From the NCBI GenBank assembly GCA_964346665.1, contig CAYFVC010000026.1, positions 18,197 to 82,196 on the forward strand: DNA of 64,000 nt, written 5' to 3'. This document shows, piece after piece, positions 46,151 to 55,866 of this stretch. The notes under the pieces were generated by a model that made no database searches, was not told where the DNA came from, and saw only the letters and a list, made by a program, of their open reading frames with translations. Each line of letters opens with the position of its first letter. Within the stretch, counting starts at the first letter, position 1. The position numbers were made by a program, and so were the translations under genes. This stretch comes from an uncultured archaeon. Lineage in GTDB: Archaea > Aenigmatarchaeota > Aenigmatarchaeia > QMZP01 > QMZT01.

Positions 46151-47617
46151 TTATAGATTGAACAGGTTTTTAAAGAAATTGATTATGCTTTCTATAAAAG
46201 TGGAAAACCAGTTTCCTTCGCTTTTCGAGACTATCTGAGCTGTTGGTATATTTATTTTGCTTTCGGATTCGTTACCTTCGGATTCATTGTATTTTGTTTT
46301 GTTCTCCTTTTCAGTGGTTTGGTTCACTGGTTCTAGTTCCTCAGGTTCTTTTATCAGGATATCCCTAGTTATATCATGTTTCTTGTCGTCGAGCCATATT
46401 CTCACCCTCAGCTTGTATTGACCTGGTTCTGTATCGTTAGCAATCCTGTTTATCAAGGTAAGGGTAAAGGAGGAATTTCTCGATATGCTGACGTTCTGTT
46501 TGTTAGCGTTCCATGTGTTGACCCATTCATTTCCATCAAAACCCAAGGATAATGGTTTATTTCCTTCATAAACATAAGAGTAAACTGTGTAATTTTTCCT
46601 GTCATGTGAGGGGTTTTTCATGCTTATCTTTATTTCGATCTCGTCGTCCTTTTCAATTTCACTTGGACAGGAAAGTATTTCGAACTCCTTCTTTTCTGAA
46701 ACCTCCTTTTCCGGAATGGACTTACATGAACAGGATTTCTCTACTTCTATTATCTCTGGTTCGCATGAACATTCCCGTTCAGAATACGGTTTGTCTCCTT
46801 TAACGATAATTAACTTTTCTGCAGCGTTGTTAGAGAGGTTTGTGTCGTTACATACTTCATTCGTTATCACCACGTGTATAACGTATGCTTCGGTCCCAGT
46901 GATTTCGGGTGGAGTCCAGGATTTAGCGGTATTCGTGTTGTTGGTCCTGAATCTGGATCTAACAATGTTGCCGAATAAGTCCTTTATCCAGTATTCAACC
47001 TCTGGTTCAAAATCCCCTCCTTCTAAATCCTCAACCATCGGGTAGTATTTGTTGCTGCCCATTCCGAAGGTTTCATTGCATTTTATCCATACATATAAAT
47101 CGCACGTGTTGTTCGTAGTGGTTTGGTTTTCTTTAGTTTCATTCGTATCTTTCGAATCGCATATGTTAGGGAACCCGGGAGTTGAGGTGTTCTGGGGAAC
47201 GAAAATAGAATCACACAAGCCGTATGATCTGTTATTCTCCGAACTTTTGTATTCAACTTTCTGCAAAATTTCAGAACCATTATAAATAGTGATGTTATCT
47301 CCTTTGTTTCTAATGCTCATCTTTTTATTCTCAAAAATCGTTACCTCTGAATTCCATATTTCTGAAAATGCGCTCGAATTTTTCGTAATTATTATGAATT
47401 CATTTGCTTGTATTGAACCGTTCAGGGTTATCGGGTATTCACCGGTATCCACCGTGATGTTTTCAAGGAAGGAATTTACATAGCTAGTGATCTCTATCCA
47501 CTCAGAACAATCACCGCAACCATCATCCGGATCTGGCATAAACTCGTTTATTGTGATTGCTTGGACATTGTACGCTACCAAGAATAACAGGGTTAAAAAT
47601 ATAAAATGAATTTTCAT
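46151..47617 (-). CDS. Secreted surface protein with N-terminal lamin-tail-domain (LTD)-like module
   Basis: Signal peptide MKIHFIFLTLLFLVAYNVQA. ITINEFMPDPDDGCGDCSEWIEITSY resembles the LTD signature. Many N-x-S/T sequons; hydrophobic C-terminal segment. Confidence 0.55.
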   Translation of the reverse strand: MKIHFIFLTLLFLVAYNVQAITINEFMPDPDDGCGDCSEWIEITSYVNSFLENITVDTGEYPITLNGSIQANEFIIITKNSSAFSEIWNSEVTIFENKKMSIRNKGDNITIYNGSEILQKVEYKSSENNRSYGLCDSIFVPQNTSTPGFPNICDSKDTNETKENQTTTNNTCDLYVWIKCNETFGMGSNKYYPMVEDLEGGDFEPEVEYWIKDLFGNIVRSRFRTNNTNTAKSWTPPEITGTEAYVIHVVITNEVCNDTNLSNNAAEKLIIVKGDKPYSERECSCEPEIIEVEKSCSCKSIPEKEVSEKKEFEILSCPSEIEKDDEIEIKISMKNPSHDRKNYTVYSYVYEGNKPLSLGFDGNEWVNTWNANKQNVSISRNSSFTLTLINRIANDTEPGQYKLRVRIWLDDKKHDITRDILIKEPEELEPVNQTTEKENKTKYNESEGNESESKINIPTAQIVSKSEGNWFSTFIESIINFFKNLFNL

Positions 47618-47662
47618 AAAAAAATCTGAATTTTAACATTAAAAAATCTATATTGTTCAAAC

Positions 47663-48217
47663 CTATGTCTCCCTGCAATCCGGGCAGAACCATCTTCCTT
47701 CGATGTTCCTCAAATCATCTGAATATTCCCCACATTTCTCGCAAAGTCCTGAGATCCTCTGTTCCGGTCTAGCGACAGCATCCACTCTTGCTTTAAGTCT
47801 TTCTGAAAGTATCTCTATTAGTTCTGGGGAAACGAGAAGTATTTCCTTGGTTGACACTATCCCTTTCAGCTTACCATCTTCTATAACAGGGAATCTCTTT
47901 ATACCTGTCTTTATCATCTTTTTCGTAACCTTCATGATGCTCTCATTCGGGGGAACTGTTAGAAATGGTCTTTTTCTCTCTTTCCAGTATTTCCCTGCCT
48001 TTACCTTTTTAGGGTCTCTATCCTTCGCTATCAGTGTGACTATATCGTTGGTTGTTACCATACCGATTGGTTTCCCTTTGTTAACTATGACTACCGCTCC
48101 TATCCTATTGTTGGTCAAGATTTTGGAAATGACTGACATGTTCATATTCGGGTCCACTGTGACTACATGCCTCTTCATCACATCCTTTACTTTCATGCTA
48201 ATCTCCTTTACTACCAA
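47663..48217 (-). CDS. CBS-pair protein with C-terminal zinc ribbon
   Basis: Two CBS-like units (..ISKILTNNRIGAVVIVNKGKPIGMVTTNDI.., ..KTGIKRFPVIEDGKLKGIVSTKEIL..) and CEKCGEYS...CPDCRE. Confidence 0.6.
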   Translation of the reverse strand: MVVKEISMKVKDVMKRHVVTVDPNMNMSVISKILTNNRIGAVVIVNKGKPIGMVTTNDIVTLIAKDRDPKKVKAGKYWKERKRPFLTVPPNESIMKVTKKMIKTGIKRFPVIEDGKLKGIVSTKEILLVSPELIEILSERLKARVDAVARPEQRISGLCEKCGEYSDDLRNIEGRWFCPDCRET

Positions 48218-48256
48218 TTATAATGATTTGCAAGGATTTTTAAATGTTAACTCTAT

Positions 48257-50866
48257 TTATCCGTATTTTATTTTTGCCTGCGCTGCTGCAAGCTTCGCTA
48301 TTGGGATACGGAACGGTGAACAGGAAACGTAATCAAGTCCTATCATGTGGCAAAACTCGACCGAATTTGGTTCGCCTCCGTGTTCCCCGCAAATGCCTAT
48401 CTCTGTTTTTGGTTTTGCCTTCCTAATGAGTTTTGTGCATATTTTCATTAACGAGCCCACACCCTCCCTGTCGATTACTTGGAAAGGATCTTCTTTCAAA
48501 ACACCCCTTTCTATGTATTCTGGTATGAACTTCCCTGCATCATCCCTTGAAAATCCATAAACTGTTTGCGTTAAATCGTTTGTTCCGAAAGAGAAGAAAT
48601 CTAAGAACTCCGCTAGTTTGTCCGCAACCACGCACGCCCTTGGCAATTCTATCATGGTTCCAACTTTGTATTCAACTTTAATCCTTGATTTTCTGATCAA
48701 ATCTTTAGTAACCCTGTCAATTATTTCCTTCATTTCCTTTGCTTCTTCTATGTTGCCCAAAACGGGTATTTCTATCTCTGGTAATGCCTTTCCTCCGCTT
48801 TTGTTGACCTTTATCGCGGCCCTTATTATCGCTTCCACTTGCATTTCAGGTATCTCTGGGTAAACAATCCCTAGCCTACACCCCCTAAACCCAAGCATGG
48901 GGTTGAATTCGCTTAGAGATTCAACCTTGTTCTTTAGTTTTTCGAAATCTATCTTCATATCCTTCGCCAGCTCTTTTATCTCCTCTTCCTCCTTAGGAAG
49001 AAACTCATGGAGTGGTGGGTCGAGCAAACGTATGGTTACTGGTAAGCCATTCATCTCCTTGAATATCTTAACAAAATCATTCATCTGCATTTTAAGGATT
49101 TTCTTCAAGGCGAATCTCCTTCCCTTTTCATCCTCGGCCAGTATCATCTCCCTCACAGCGAATATCCTTTCTTCTTTAAAAAACATGTGCTCTGTCCTCG
49201 TTAAACCTATGCCTTCCGCCCCGAAGTTCCTTGCCCTTCTCGCGTCTTTGGGTGTGTCCGCATTAGTCCTAACACCCAGCCTTCTGATATCGTCAACCCA
49301 TTTCATAAGGATTTTGAACTCCCCTTTCAATTCAGGGTCAACAACAGGGATTTTTCCAAGCATCACCTCACCTGTTTCTCCATCAAGCGTTAACCAGTCA
49401 CCTTCCTTGATTGTAATACCATCAACTCTGAACATCCTCCTTTCCTCGTTTATGTTTATTTTGTTACAACCTGCAACACAACATTTGCCCATTCCTCTTG
49501 CAACAACTGCTGCATGCGAAGTCATCCCGCCCCTCGCTGTCAATATCCCCTTGGAAACGGACATCCCTCCTATATCTTCTGCGGACGTTTCTCTCCTGAC
49601 GAGTATTACATGTTTACCTTTGTCAGCCAGTTCTTCCGCTCTATCTGCCGTGAAGCAAACAATGCCTACAGCAGCTCCTGGAGAGGCAGGCAAACCCTTC
49701 GCTATAATTTTTGCTTTTTCTTTCTCCTTGAGATCGAGTTGTTTGTGGAGCAAATGGTTAATTTGTTCGGGCTCTATCCTCATCACCGCCTCTTCTTTCT
49801 TTATCGCCCCCTCCTTCACCAAATCCACCGCTATCTTCATCGCAGCCTGCGCCGTTCGCTTTCCCGTCCTTGTTTGGAGAACGAAGAGTCTTCCCTTCTC
49901 TATCGTGAACTCGAAATCCTGCATGTCCCTGTAATGTTTGTCGAGGAGTTTGTAAACCTTGGTCAATTCCCTGTAAACCTTCGGGAGGTCTTTTTTCAAT
50001 TCTGTTATGGGTTTTGGCGTTCTTAGTCCAGCGACGACATCTTCTCCTTGGGCGTTAAGTAAATATTCACCGTAGGGTTTGTTTTCGCCGGTTGAGGGGT
50101 TTCTCGTGAATCCAACCCCTGTCCCAGAATTCCATCCCAGGTTTCCGAAAACCATTGCCTGAACATTCACGGCGGTTCCCACATCATCCGGTATTCCGTG
50201 AATCTTTCTGTAAATCTTCGCTCGTTTGTTGTTCCAAGAGTTGAATACCGCATCTATCGACATCTTTAATTGTTCGCCCGGGTCATCAGGAAAGTCCTTG
50301 CCCGTATCCTTCTTCACGAGTTTTTTGTAATCATCGACTATCCTCTTCAACTCCTCGGTTTTCAGATCGGTGTCCTTCCTCCTCTTTTTATATCTGTCAA
50401 GGATTTTTTCGAACTTTGAGTGTTCAATCCCAAGAACCACGTTTCCAAACATGTGAATGAACCTTCTGTAGGAATCCCATGTGAACCTTGAATCTCCGCT
50501 TTCCTTTTCAAGTCCCCTTATCGTTCTGTTGTTGAGACCAAGATTCAAAACGGTGTCCATCATTCCAGGCATCGAGACTGGCGCGCCAGACCTCACTGAT
50601 ATAAGCAAAGGGTTCTTTTCATCACCGAATTTCCTTCCGATTTTTCTTTCGAGCTTTTCAAGGTTCGAATTTATCTCCTTTTCCAGACCTTTCGGATATT
50701 TCCTTGTTTTCAAGAAATTCATGCAGACCTTTGTCGAAATGGTGAAGCCAGGCGGGACAGGCAAGCCTATCTTTGTCATTTCACCCAAATTCGATCCCTT
50801 TCCTCCTAAAAGGTTTTTGCTTTCCTTCCCCCTCTCCCCGAAAAAGTAAACCATTTTTTCTTTCAT
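48257..50866 (-). CDS. ppdK: Pyruvate, phosphate dikinase
   Basis: 869 aa. N-terminal ..GGKGSNLGEMTKIGLPVPPGFTIST.., phosphohistidine region ..GGMTSHAAVVARGMGK.., and PEP-utilising C-terminal TIM barrel. Confidence 0.9.
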   Translation of the reverse strand: MKEKMVYFFGERGKESKNLLGGKGSNLGEMTKIGLPVPPGFTISTKVCMNFLKTRKYPKGLEKEINSNLEKLERKIGRKFGDEKNPLLISVRSGAPVSMPGMMDTVLNLGLNNRTIRGLEKESGDSRFTWDSYRRFIHMFGNVVLGIEHSKFEKILDRYKKRRKDTDLKTEELKRIVDDYKKLVKKDTGKDFPDDPGEQLKMSIDAVFNSWNNKRAKIYRKIHGIPDDVGTAVNVQAMVFGNLGWNSGTGVGFTRNPSTGENKPYGEYLLNAQGEDVVAGLRTPKPITELKKDLPKVYRELTKVYKLLDKHYRDMQDFEFTIEKGRLFVLQTRTGKRTAQAAMKIAVDLVKEGAIKKEEAVMRIEPEQINHLLHKQLDLKEKEKAKIIAKGLPASPGAAVGIVCFTADRAEELADKGKHVILVRRETSAEDIGGMSVSKGILTARGGMTSHAAVVARGMGKCCVAGCNKININEERRMFRVDGITIKEGDWLTLDGETGEVMLGKIPVVDPELKGEFKILMKWVDDIRRLGVRTNADTPKDARRARNFGAEGIGLTRTEHMFFKEERIFAVREMILAEDEKGRRFALKKILKMQMNDFVKIFKEMNGLPVTIRLLDPPLHEFLPKEEEEIKELAKDMKIDFEKLKNKVESLSEFNPMLGFRGCRLGIVYPEIPEMQVEAIIRAAIKVNKSGGKALPEIEIPVLGNIEEAKEMKEIIDRVTKDLIRKSRIKVEYKVGTMIELPRACVVADKLAEFLDFFSFGTNDLTQTVYGFSRDDAGKFIPEYIERGVLKEDPFQVIDREGVGSLMKICTKLIRKAKPKTEIGICGEHGGEPNSVEFCHMIGLDYVSCSPFRIPIAKLAAAQAKIKYG

Positions 50867-50952
50867 GTCCCCTCACAATTGGATTAAATCTTTGTTGATT
50901 TATATTTAAAAATATATATTAAGTAAGCTAAACTTATATATAATATATGGGC

Positions 50953-51426
50953 ATGAAAGGGATATCTCCAGTGATAGCTGCTGTTTTGCTGGTAGCGATA
51001 AGCGTTGCTGTTGGGGTGCTGTTATCATCATGGATAACCCATTGGGTGAGTACAAGAACACAACAAGCGAGTAGTGCATGCGTGACCAACACGAATTACA
51101 GGATTGACTCAGCGACTTTCGATTCGTCCACAAACAACCTCACCATCTTGCTGACAAACTTGGGAAACGTTGGACTGTACGGATTCAGCGTTCAAGTGCT
51201 CAACGGGACAAATGTGGAAGTTTACAATTCGACCGATCAGAAGGTGAGTATAAGTCCGAACGTAACCGAAACGAACCCCCTGAAAGAGCAGAGATCGGCT
51301 ATTATAATAATAAACATGAATGGTGCTTACCACTCAGGTCTTGGAAGCACCGCTGATCATATAAAGGTTCTGAACAAGGCATGCCCGACATTTTCAGCTG
51401 AAACCTTGACTATAATAAAGGAGTGA
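50953..51426 (+). CDS. Archaeal type IV pilin-like protein (class III signal peptide)
   Basis: MKGISPVIAAVLLVAISVAVGVLL: a short basic leader, G, then a long hydrophobic helix as in crenarchaeal-type pilins; 158 aa with N-x-S/T sequons. Confidence 0.6.
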   Translation: MKGISPVIAAVLLVAISVAVGVLLSSWITHWVSTRTQQASSACVTNTNYRIDSATFDSSTNNLTILLTNLGNVGLYGFSVQVLNGTNVEVYNSTDQKVSISPNVTETNPLKEQRSAIIIINMNGAYHSGLGSTADHIKVLNKACPTFSAETLTIIKE

Positions 51427-51430
51427 TTTA

Positions 51431-51868
51431 ATGAGAAAGGGTATATCTCCCCTGATCGCAGTCATAATGCTTATAGCATTTACTATGATTGTGGCAGGGA
51501 TTCTCGCTGGTTGGGCCACACAGTTCGTAACACAGAGCCGTTCAGAGCTTCAATTCTGTGCGAGGGCGCAGCTGCTCATACAGAGAGCGTACTACGATAA
51601 CTCCACCCAGGAACTCACACTTGCTTTGTTCAACACAGGCGATGTCCCTTTGAGGGGTTTTGCCGTTAGGCTTGTGTACCAAAATGAATCAATAACCTCA
51701 ACCAAATTCGAGAACCTGAACATCTCTTATCAGGACATAGAAACTGTGACTTTAACAACAGATGATACCTTGAAACAGGTTGTTGTCCAGTCACTGGAAT
51801 GCAGGGGAGCACAAGATTTGGTAGGCAGATATGATATACAGGGTTTGGGATTCCGACCGTATGGATAA
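51431..51868 (+). CDS. Archaeal type IV pilin-like protein (class III signal peptide), second copy
   Basis: MRKGISPLIAVIMLIAFTMIVAGIL; 4 nt downstream of the first pilin gene. Confidence 0.6.
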   Translation: MRKGISPLIAVIMLIAFTMIVAGILAGWATQFVTQSRSELQFCARAQLLIQRAYYDNSTQELTLALFNTGDVPLRGFAVRLVYQNESITSTKFENLNISYQDIETVTLTTDDTLKQVVVQSLECRGAQDLVGRYDIQGLGFRPYG

Positions 51869-51918
51869 CCGTATACCCAACACCTTGTTTTTTATTTCTC
51901 TTAATTGTAAATCTTTTT

Positions 51919-52329
51919 ATGAAATACAAGTTCATTGAGGACCTGACTTCGGACGTTGTTTTCGAGGCGTATGGAAAGGATTTAGAAGAGCTTTTTGAGA
52001 ACGCTGCTTTTGCTCTCTTCAGTGTGATATGTCAAATTGAAAAAGTCGAGCCAAAATTCGAAAAACAGATCGAAGTTGAAGGGAAAGACACGAAAGACCT
52101 TATGTTCAATTGGTTGCAAAAGCTAATAGAACTGGTTGATCTCGAAAACGTATTTCTTTCGAAATTCAAAGTGAAGGAAATCGGGGATATGCATTTGAGA
52201 GCGATATGTAACGGGGAATATGCTGATCCAAAGAAAGGAGGAACGTTAGTCAAGGCCGTGACATATTATAAATTCAACCTTGAAAAAATAGATAAAGGAT
52301 ACAAGGTAACTGTCAGCTTGGATATTTAG
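51919..52329 (+). CDS. Archease (RtcB activator/chaperone)
   Basis: ..EDLTSDVVFEAYGKDLEELFENAAFALFSVI.. is the archease N-terminal signature (ADVAFEA.G..LE.LF). 136 aa, convergent with rtcB. Confidence 0.8.
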   Translation: MKYKFIEDLTSDVVFEAYGKDLEELFENAAFALFSVICQIEKVEPKFEKQIEVEGKDTKDLMFNWLQKLIELVDLENVFLSKFKVKEIGDMHLRAICNGEYADPKKGGTLVKAVTYYKFNLEKIDKGYKVTVSLDI

Positions 52330-52349
52330 ATTATTTTGCACCCTTCATT

Positions 52350-53765
52350 TTATCCTTTGCATACGCCTATCGGAATCGCTCTGGCGACTTTCAATGAAAT
52401 CCCGATTCCGTGAACACTCTCTATCACGTCATCCACATTCTTATAAGCGTTAGGGGCTTCCTCGGCAAGAACCTTTGGGTGGGTGGATTGCGCTATGATT
52501 CCCTTCTTCGCGAGGTCTTCTTTGATTTTCCCTCCCCAAAACCTACGAATAGCAGCGTGCCTTGACATCGCACGCCCTGCCCCGTGTACCGTTGACCCAA
52601 AAGTTTTCTCCATCGCTGTTTCGTTTCCTTTCAGAATATAGCTTGATGTCCCCATTGTTCCGGCTATGAGGACTGGATCGCCTGGGAAGGAGCGTGTGCT
52701 TCCTTTTCTGTGAACATAGACTTTTCGCTTCTCCCCGTTTATTTCGTGTTCTTCTAGCTTAACAACGTTGTGACACAATCCGTATATCGTATGTAAATCC
52801 ATTGATTCCCAATCCTTTCTGAAAACCTTTTCGAACGTCTCACGGATCCACTGGGTCATGACCAAACGATTCGTAAACGAATAATTCACAGCGCATTTCA
52901 TCGCGGAAAAATAATCCTGGCCTTCCTGGGATTTCGCAGGGGCACAGGCCAATTGCCTGTCAGGCAACCAAATCTTGTATTTTTCCACTGCTTTTTCCTG
53001 TATCTTCAGGTAATCCGTTGCGACTTGGTGCCCTAAACCGCGTGAACCGCAGTGAAGCATTATCAAAACCTGATTCTCGTTTTCAATTCCCCATTTGCCA
53101 GCGACATCCTTCTCGTAGATATCCGAAACCCTCTGTATTTCAAGGAAGTGGTTACCAGCTCCCAGCGTGCCTAACTGCTGGAGACCGCGTTTCTTCGCAA
53201 GGTCTGAAACCTTCGAAGGGTCTCCCCCCTCCATTCGTCCTTTCTCTTCCATGTGTTCCTTGTCTTTTAAAACTCCATATCCATTTTCTATTGTCCATTC
53301 AACCCCTCTAACCAAAACCTGATCAAGTTGTTCGTTAGTGAGTTTCAATTTCCCCTTTGCTCCAACACCGCACGGTACCGCCTTGAAAATATTCGAGATA
53401 AGTTCGTTCAATTTTGGTTTGACTTGATCATAAGTGAGATTCGTTCTTATCGAATTCACCCCGCAGTTTATGTCGAAACCGCAGAGACCGGAGGATATTA
53501 TGCCTCTTTCAAAATCAAACGCTGAAACTGCTCCCATCGGCAAACCATATCCCCAGTGCATGTCTGGAAGTCCTATCACGGGTTCTATCACGCCCGGTAA
53601 ACATGCTACGTTCGTTAACTGCTCGATAGCGGCGTCCTCAAGAATGTTAACCACTTTTTTGTTACCTATGATCTTAGCCTTGACGTTCATCTTAGGTCTA
53701 ACGTTTTTGTCGAGTTCCCATTCATATGCTGACACCTGTTTCAATTTCTCTTTCATCCAAGACAC
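52350..53765 (-). CDS. rtcB: tRNA-splicing ligase RtcB
   Basis: 471 aa. The conserved metal/GMP-site His residues lie in ..HGAGR.. and ..HNVV.. contexts, and the ..GTMGT.. segment is present; no intein insertion. Confidence 0.9.
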   Translation of the reverse strand: MSWMKEKLKQVSAYEWELDKNVRPKMNVKAKIIGNKKVVNILEDAAIEQLTNVACLPGVIEPVIGLPDMHWGYGLPMGAVSAFDFERGIISSGLCGFDINCGVNSIRTNLTYDQVKPKLNELISNIFKAVPCGVGAKGKLKLTNEQLDQVLVRGVEWTIENGYGVLKDKEHMEEKGRMEGGDPSKVSDLAKKRGLQQLGTLGAGNHFLEIQRVSDIYEKDVAGKWGIENENQVLIMLHCGSRGLGHQVATDYLKIQEKAVEKYKIWLPDRQLACAPAKSQEGQDYFSAMKCAVNYSFTNRLVMTQWIRETFEKVFRKDWESMDLHTIYGLCHNVVKLEEHEINGEKRKVYVHRKGSTRSFPGDPVLIAGTMGTSSYILKGNETAMEKTFGSTVHGAGRAMSRHAAIRRFWGGKIKEDLAKKGIIAQSTHPKVLAEEAPNAYKNVDDVIESVHGIGISLKVARAIPIGVCKG

Positions 53766-53860
53766 CTTTTTGTGGAGCTATTAATATGATGTATTAATAT
53801 TTAAATTGATTTTTCTTATATAGAAACTAGTCTAAATATAAATTGTTAGGTGAGGGGTAG

Positions 53861-54115
53861 ATGACGAAAAAACGGTTTTACAGAAGAGGCTGGCATCACA
53901 CAAAGGCCAGAGGTAAAGAAACATTGGTGACTTGTGGTTTTTGCGGAAGGAAGGTTCCGAAATACAAAACATTCGCTATGTATAGGGGTTTATCCATATC
54001 CGACCCTTCTCTCAGGAAGGAGCTCGGAAGGGGAAGGTTTTCATTATCCTCAACAAAGGTTTACGCATGCCCTGCATGTGCTAGGCATAGAAAGATCGTG
54101 AAGAAGAAGAGATAA
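53861..54115 (+). CDS. rps26e: 30S ribosomal protein S26e
   Basis: ..VTCGFCGRKVPKYKTF...STKVYACPACARHRKIV.. matches S26e (C..C...VPK.K ... Y.S..CA.H.K.V) including the basic N-terminus. Confidence 0.65.
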   Translation: MTKKRFYRRGWHHTKARGKETLVTCGFCGRKVPKYKTFAMYRGLSISDPSLRKELGRGRFSLSSTKVYACPACARHRKIVKKKR

Positions 54116-54127
54116 AGGGTGTTTTAA

Positions 54128-55813
54128 ATGGGTTTGAGGGGGGCGTTAAGGAAAAAGATAGATAGAATAAGAAATATAGGGAAAGTAAAATACCCCACTG
54201 TTGAAATCAAAGAGCCCAAACATCTCATAATTTTCCCCTCATTAAAAAAGACTACAGAAATCGATATAAGATATCCTCTTCTAGAGCCTTTCGTTTACGG
54301 TCACATAAAGTGGGATCCCAAAAAGAAGGGTCTGGTTTATCGCGTGATAGAACCTGATCTCTCAAAGAAAGAAAAGGATATCCTCGAAACAGTAAAGAAG
54401 GATTTGCTTGAGCTAATAGATGTTGAACTTTCTGCAGTTAGAGAGAAGGGAAAGGTTTTTGAATACATACAGGGAAAGCTCAAGAAGATATTGGAGGATG
54501 AGAATCTTATTTTGCCTTCAGAAACCTATGTGAAGATAACGTATTACATATACAGGGACTTTGTGGGGTTCAATGAAATTGAAGGACTCCTTCACGACCC
54601 CTATATAGAGGATATAGGTTGCCCTGGATTGAACATACCTGTTTTCTTGGTTCACAGAAAATTCGGATCTATCGAGACTGATATAATATTCAAGGACAGC
54701 GGTTATCTGAACAACTTTGTGATAAAGCTAGCGGAAAGATGTGGAAGATATATATCCTATGCGAAACCCCTACTTGATGGATCACTCCCGGACGGCTCGA
54801 GGGTGCAGGCTACTCTCGCTAAGGATGTTACCACAAAAGGTCCTACTTTTTCGATACGTAAGTTCCGCGTGGAACCATTCTCACCCATAGATGTTCTGAA
54901 TTTCAAAACCGCTTCTTCGGAATTGATGGCGTACCTATGGTTGATGGTGGAAGCAAGGGCTTCAACACTTGTATGCGGAGGGGTTTCCACAGGAAAGACG
55001 ACGTTTTTGAACGTTATGAGCATGTTCATCGCACCCGAAGACAAGATAGTTTCAATTGAGGATACCCGTGAGTTGAATCTTCCACATGAAAACTGGATAC
55101 CGAGCGTGTCTAGGGTGGGGTTTGGTGTTCCTGAAATCGGGGGTAAAAGATATGGAGAGGTCACGCTCTTCGAACTTCTTAAGGAATCTTTCAGGCAAAA
55201 TCCTGATTACGTGATAGTGGGCGAGATTAGGGGGAAGGAAGCTTACGTTATGTTTCAAGGCATGGCTTCTGGTCACTCATCTCTGGGAACTATACACGCG
55301 GGATCGATAGAAGATGTTATCAAAAGGTTGGAAACGCCTCCGATCGAACTTTCGCCTACGTTGGTTGAAACCCTTGACCTCGTTGTGGTTATGATCCATG
55401 CAAAGGAAAAGGGGAAATCAGCAAGGAGGGTGAAAGAGGTTGACGAGATAGAATCCATTGATCCGAAAACAGGGACACCTCACAGCATAAAGGTTTTTGG
55501 CTGGAGCCCCTCTACGGATACGTATTCCGCGAATTTGGAAGAGTCCTACCTCCTAAAAAAGATGGCATTCGATAAAGGAATAACATATGAGGAAATTATA
55601 AAAGAGTTGAAAACACGAGCGAAAATTTTGGAATGGATGAAGAAATTCGGGGTGACGAATTTCAATGAGGTCTGTAAGCTTATCAACCTCTATCATAAAG
55701 AACCCTCGATAATTATGGAATGGGTTGAGAAGGATATCCCTCCATACAAAACAAAAGCAAAGAAAGCGACAAAGGCTCTGGAATCATACACAGGACTCAG
55801 GGTTATAGAATAG
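54128..55813 (+). CDS. Second FlaI/UpsE/TadA-family secretion ATPase
   Basis: Walker A CGGVSTGKTTF. FlaI-like N-terminal domain (..YYIYRDFVGFNEIEGLLHDPYIEDIGCPG..). ..YVIVGEIRG.. and His-box ..SGHSSLGTIHA... Confidence 0.85.
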   Translation: MGLRGALRKKIDRIRNIGKVKYPTVEIKEPKHLIIFPSLKKTTEIDIRYPLLEPFVYGHIKWDPKKKGLVYRVIEPDLSKKEKDILETVKKDLLELIDVELSAVREKGKVFEYIQGKLKKILEDENLILPSETYVKITYYIYRDFVGFNEIEGLLHDPYIEDIGCPGLNIPVFLVHRKFGSIETDIIFKDSGYLNNFVIKLAERCGRYISYAKPLLDGSLPDGSRVQATLAKDVTTKGPTFSIRKFRVEPFSPIDVLNFKTASSELMAYLWLMVEARASTLVCGGVSTGKTTFLNVMSMFIAPEDKIVSIEDTRELNLPHENWIPSVSRVGFGVPEIGGKRYGEVTLFELLKESFRQNPDYVIVGEIRGKEAYVMFQGMASGHSSLGTIHAGSIEDVIKRLETPPIELSPTLVETLDLVVVMIHAKEKGKSARRVKEVDEIESIDPKTGTPHSIKVFGWSPSTDTYSANLEESYLLKKMAFDKGITYEEIIKELKTRAKILEWMKKFGVTNFNEVCKLINLYHKEPSIIMEWVEKDIPPYKTKAKKATKALESYTGLRVIE

Positions 55814-55866
55814 GATTTAAACATAAACTTTTATAACTAATTTTCAATTCTTATTCAAGGTTTGGT

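Noticed and set aside
48897-49934. 345-aa plus-strand ORF inside the ppdK region
   Set aside because: It is antisense to a strongly conserved PPDK coding sequence; the Ser/Leu/Ile-rich low-complexity translation is typical of the reverse strand of a coding region.
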